DNA of 64,000 nucleotides from an uncultured Candidatus Sumerlaeota bacterium (lineage in GTDB: Bacteria > Sumerlaeota > Sumerlaeia > MVZB01), in the NCBI GenBank assembly GCA_964473105.1, contig CAYYNQ010000103.1, forward strand, positions 17,021 to 81,020, read 5' to 3'. Positions 60,602-64,000 of the stretch are shown here, one piece after another. A program made the position numbers and the translations under genes. The notes beneath the pieces are model-generated. The model worked only from the letters and a program-made list of their open reading frames with translations, searched no databases and had not been told where the DNA came from. Each line of letters begins with the position of its first letter. The stretch's first letter is position 1.

Positions 60602-61939
60602 ATGAGATCGACTCATGGAGTGATGATTCTAACATTATTTGTGCTTCTAGGGGAGGAATCCCCGTGCCGTGCCCAGCAAGATATTGACGTGCCACCGAGG
60701 CATGGTTCAATGGATGATGACGGTTCAGGGACTACAAAACTGCCTTCCAAATTGGTGGCCCCTCCAATGAATGAACAGGTCAGGGAATATCTTGGGCGCG
60801 TCATCTACACCCGTGAGGAAGTCCAGAGGTGGATCAAGGGGGATTATTACCTTGATATCCATGACCCGTTGATGGGCTGGATACACCACGAGGACCGTAT
60901 CCCGGCCGGCATGGACGGGTCTTTTGCGGTCAACACCTATGGCCCAAGTGGCGCCCGTCACATGATCCAGCATGCCGACAAATCATGTCGTATTAATACC
61001 TACGGAAACAGTTTTACCCATTGTGACCAGGTCAATGATGGGGAAACCTGGCAGGAATACTTGGCTGCTCATCTGGGTGAACCGGTCAGGAACTGGGGCC
61101 TGAGCGGACACTCGGTTTACCAGATGTATGTGCGCATGAAGCACGAAGAGAAACGACATCCCTCAAAATACATGATTGTGAACATCTATAGTGACGACCA
61201 TTACCGAAGCGTCTATGGATGGCCTGGGATTGCAGTCGGCACGCATCCGGACGAGATCCTGATCGGGGCACACCGGCGTCCGCCGATGCCATGGGTCGAG
61301 GTCAATCCCTCGACGGGAAAATTCATCGAGCATGTCAACTTATGCTCCGATCCGGAAGACCTGTATCGTATGTGTAACCTTGACTTTGTCGTGGAACATT
61401 TCGGCCGGGGACTGGTTCTGAGTGCGTATATCGGCCGGCGTAACCTGAGACGTGGACTTCCTGAATACAGTTATGATGACATCAGGAGACTGGGACAAGA
61501 ACACGGGCTTGACTTGAAGGTCGATTCTGCGGAAAGTCTCCGATCTTCCATCGACCGGATCTACAAGGTTGCGGCGATCTATGCCAGCAAGCGGGTTGTC
61601 GGGATGATGGAGACGTTTGCTGCTGACTACGCCCGGAAAATTCTTTATGTCCTTTCCTATACCTCTCAGGATTTGATGCTGTCGCTGGATTGTAACGAGC
61701 GGGTTGATCATGAATTTGTTGATTTCCTGGAGTCTGAGGGACTGCCGTATGTCGACTTGCTCGAGGCGCACCGCGAGGAGTTCGGCCAGTTTGAGATGAC
61801 GGTTGAAGAGTATGCCGATCGATATTATATCGGGCATTACAGGCCGATTGGGAACCACTTCACGGCCTTTGCGATTAAGGATAGGCTGGTCGAGATGCTT
61901 GAGTCGAAACCACCGTCCTACAACCTTGATTTAGAATGA
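60602..61939 (+). CDS. Secreted SGNH/GDSL-like hydrolase-fold protein, variant block I GNSFT
   Basis: Signal peptide (MRSTHGVMILTLFVLLG). NTYGNSFTHCDQ (GDS-to-GNS), WGLSGHS and a C-terminal GHY. The ORF is open from 60578. Confidence 0.55.
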   Translation: MRSTHGVMILTLFVLLGEESPCRAQQDIDVPPRHGSMDDDGSGTTKLPSKLVAPPMNEQVREYLGRVIYTREEVQRWIKGDYYLDIHDPLMGWIHHEDRIPAGMDGSFAVNTYGPSGARHMIQHADKSCRINTYGNSFTHCDQVNDGETWQEYLAAHLGEPVRNWGLSGHSVYQMYVRMKHEEKRHPSKYMIVNIYSDDHYRSVYGWPGIAVGTHPDEILIGAHRRPPMPWVEVNPSTGKFIEHVNLCSDPEDLYRMCNLDFVVEHFGRGLVLSAYIGRRNLRRGLPEYSYDDIRRLGQEHGLDLKVDSAESLRSSIDRIYKVAAIYASKRVVGMMETFAADYARKILYVLSYTSQDLMLSLDCNERVDHEFVDFLESEGLPYVDLLEAHREEFGQFEMTVEEYADRYYIGHYRPIGNHFTAFAIKDRLVEMLESKPPSYNLDLE

Positions 61940-62146
61940 ATCCTATTTTGTAATCATGATCAGGCCGAAGCAATGATAGAATCCTTCCGGCAATCTATTC
62001 GATCTTGTGTCGCCTGATGGATGGGCCTCTCAGACCTTTCGATTCATTGGCAGGCCTAATCCACCCTCAAATATTCTGGCTGCGTCAGCGATTCTCTGTG
62101 GTGGATATGTTGTTTCTCCAATTGCGATAAAGATCACGGCAATGCC

Positions 62147-63430
62147 TTACAGGAGTAGATCCCTAACTTCTCGAATCATCTCATGCATCAGCTTCTGTTT
62201 GAGGCGATGTTGTTGAAGCCGGGTCATTTCTTGGCTTATGGGTTTCGGGGCACTGGGGGAAAGAATCGATTCCTCTTCCAAGATACGACTGATGGTCTCA
62301 TCCAGTCGTCGGATCATCGGCGCCAGCTCGGCGGATTTCAAGGCCGACCGGTAAGACTCGATCTCCTCGTCGACAATCTTCCAGGCATGTTGTGCCGCTC
62401 CCGCACGTTGTCGCCGGTGACAGTCGATAATCCCCTGCATTTCCTCAAGATTAAACAACTCGACATGGTCTATCGAGTTTAATCTTTTGTCGAGGATGTG
62501 GGGGACCCCCACGTCCACCATGCAGACCTTGGTATTGCGATGCCGGTTCCTGCAGGCTTTCTGGTAAATTGATTCAGATAACACCAGCTCGGGTGCATAG
62601 GCTGCCCCGAGAATGAAATCTGCATCGGCAAGCAGGGCAGGCAATTCATCCAGTGACCGGGCCTCCGCACCCGCTTCACTTGCCGTCATCTCAGCATTTC
62701 GAAGCGACCGGTTTACGATGCAAAACCGCGATGGTTCACGCTCGGCGATAGCTCGCGCGGCCAGCCTGCCGACCTTGCCCGACCCGATCACAAGGCAATG
62801 GCGCCCTTTCAATCCCCCGAGCACCATCTCGCCTTTCAACACGGCGGCCTTGCCGACCTCGAGAGTCCCAAGGTTCAGTTCAGTTTCACTCCGAATGCGT
62901 TTGCTGCAGTGGTTGGCGGATGCATAAAGACGATGCATTTCCGGACCGATGGCCCCCCCCGCCAAACCATTCTCAAAAGCCTTCTTCAGTTGCCCCTTGA
63001 TTTGGTTTTCGCCAAGCAGCAGCGAATCCAGACCCGCAGTGACTGCGAACAGGTGACGGGCTGCCTCGATCCCGCTGTATTCGTAGATGGGTGGCGGCAT
63101 GTTCGCATCGAAAATCCCCGGATGGATATTCACGAATATCTCACGAAGCTGTATGCCAAACCCTGGGTCATTGCTGAATGCGACCAGTTCGGTTCGGTTG
63201 CAGGTTGAAATGATCATGAATTGGCAGTCATTGTGATCTGTACGCACATGCTGTATTAGATCCTGTGCCTGTCCACTGTTCAGCGCGAAGCGTTCACGCA
63301 TGGCAAGAGGGGCGCTGATATGGTTCATTCCACAGAGCCAGGCGAGCGGAAGATGACGTGATATGTTCAAGTCATGGAACGTCTCGTCCCGAATCCTTTG
63401 CTGAAGCTGTTCGGTTGTTGACAGGTTCAT
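62147..63430 (-). CDS. hemA: Glutamyl-tRNA reductase
   Basis: ISTCNRTE catalytic motif, NADPH-binding GSGKVGRLAARA, dimerisation tail. The ATG at 63430 overlaps the stop of the upstream gene (ATGA). Confidence 0.9.
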   Translation of the reverse strand: MNLSTTEQLQQRIRDETFHDLNISRHLPLAWLCGMNHISAPLAMRERFALNSGQAQDLIQHVRTDHNDCQFMIISTCNRTELVAFSNDPGFGIQLREIFVNIHPGIFDANMPPPIYEYSGIEAARHLFAVTAGLDSLLLGENQIKGQLKKAFENGLAGGAIGPEMHRLYASANHCSKRIRSETELNLGTLEVGKAAVLKGEMVLGGLKGRHCLVIGSGKVGRLAARAIAEREPSRFCIVNRSLRNAEMTASEAGAEARSLDELPALLADADFILGAAYAPELVLSESIYQKACRNRHRNTKVCMVDVGVPHILDKRLNSIDHVELFNLEEMQGIIDCHRRQRAGAAQHAWKIVDEEIESYRSALKSAELAPMIRRLDETISRILEEESILSPSAPKPISQEMTRLQQHRLKQKLMHEMIREVRDLLL

Positions 63431-64000
63431 ATCTGGTCCTGAAAGCCTCCAGCGATTTGGTTTCGGCATAATTTTTCGGCGAGCAGCCGTGAATTTTCAA
63501 TGCAGTCGGCAACTGATGTGCCTTTTCTCCAATTACCGGAAAGGTTCAGGCCCGGGTGCCTTGCCTCAGCCATGGAAAACTGTTCCAGTCGGTCACGATG
63601 ACGCATGTCATACTGGGGGATCCCGTGTTCCCAGCGCCGGATTATTCGGCATTGCTCTTTCCCATTCCATCCGAGCACACGGGCGAGATCCCTTTTGACA
63701 GCGCCTATCAACTGACCGTCATCCAGATCCATCACGGCGGGGTCCAGCTCGCCTCCCGCAAAAACAGTCAGCGCACAAGCATCATCCGGCGCACGCCCGG
63801 CAAAGAAGTTCGATGCGATGACTGCTCCCAGGATTCTCAGGCCCTGATCACGGACACAGAGGAATCCGAATCCATCGGGCAGGTGTTCAATGTCTCTTTT
63901 TCGGACACCCAGCGAAACGATCGCGAGGCGGTTGTAGGGCATGTTTCTCAGTGCTGCGGATAGACCTGGATCGAAGCCACTGACCCATCTAGCCGTGGCC
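63427..64000 (-). CDS. hemY: Protoporphyrinogen/coproporphyrinogen oxidase (HemY-type), C-terminal part only; the gene continues past the window
   Basis: C-terminal PPOX pattern (...FAGRAPDD..LTVFAGG...RRWEHGIPQY..H..R). The frame is open to the window end. Confidence 0.65.
   Translation of the reverse strand, partial: ATARWVSGFDPGLSAALRNMPYNRLAIVSLGVRKRDIEHLPDGFGFLCVRDQGLRILGAVIASNFFAGRAPDDACALTVFAGGELDPAVMDLDDGQLIGAVKRDLARVLGWNGKEQCRIIRRWEHGIPQYDMRHRDRLEQFSMAEARHPGLNLSGNWRKGTSVADCIENSRLLAEKLCRNQIAGGFQDQI

Overview
This 64 kb window looks like a bacterial chromosomal segment (moderate-to-high GC). I saw no rRNA, tRNA, CRISPR array, transposase or integrase. Recognisable housekeeping genes include trpC (truncated at the 5' edge), nnr, hemW, an AGXT2-like aminotransferase with mmsA, a DnaC-like ATPase, aroG-type DAHP synthase, purL and purQ, gyrB, hom, wecB, hemL, rpoN, lepB, hemA and hemY (3' partial). 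Several accessory loci sit between them. (1) A disrupted nupC nucleoside transporter lies upstream of a eukaryote-like beta-amino-acid catabolic pair (AGXT2-type transaminase plus methylmalonate-semialdehyde dehydrogenase). (2) A signalling cassette comprises a GAF-PP2C phosphatase, a STAS-like gene lacking a start codon, a cytoplasmic histidine kinase, and an orphan Wzt-like ABC ATPase whose start overlaps the kinase stop. (3) The most novel part is a ~22 kb island (39.6-61.9 kb) of secreted proteins with an HpcH aldolase, a sugar-phosphate isomerase, a NagA-like deacetylase and a Na+/solute symporter. It contains a GH127/DUF1680-like glycosidase, several esterases, and two paralog families that match nothing I recognise. 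Family A has two ~625 aa secreted proteins. Family B is a divergent pair of secreted FGE/SUMF1-fold proteins that lack the catalytic Cys pair and share a ~330 aa C-terminal domain of unknown function. I read this island as a candidate glycan-utilisation system of new composition. All calls rest on motif and architecture recognition by eye; no database search was possible.
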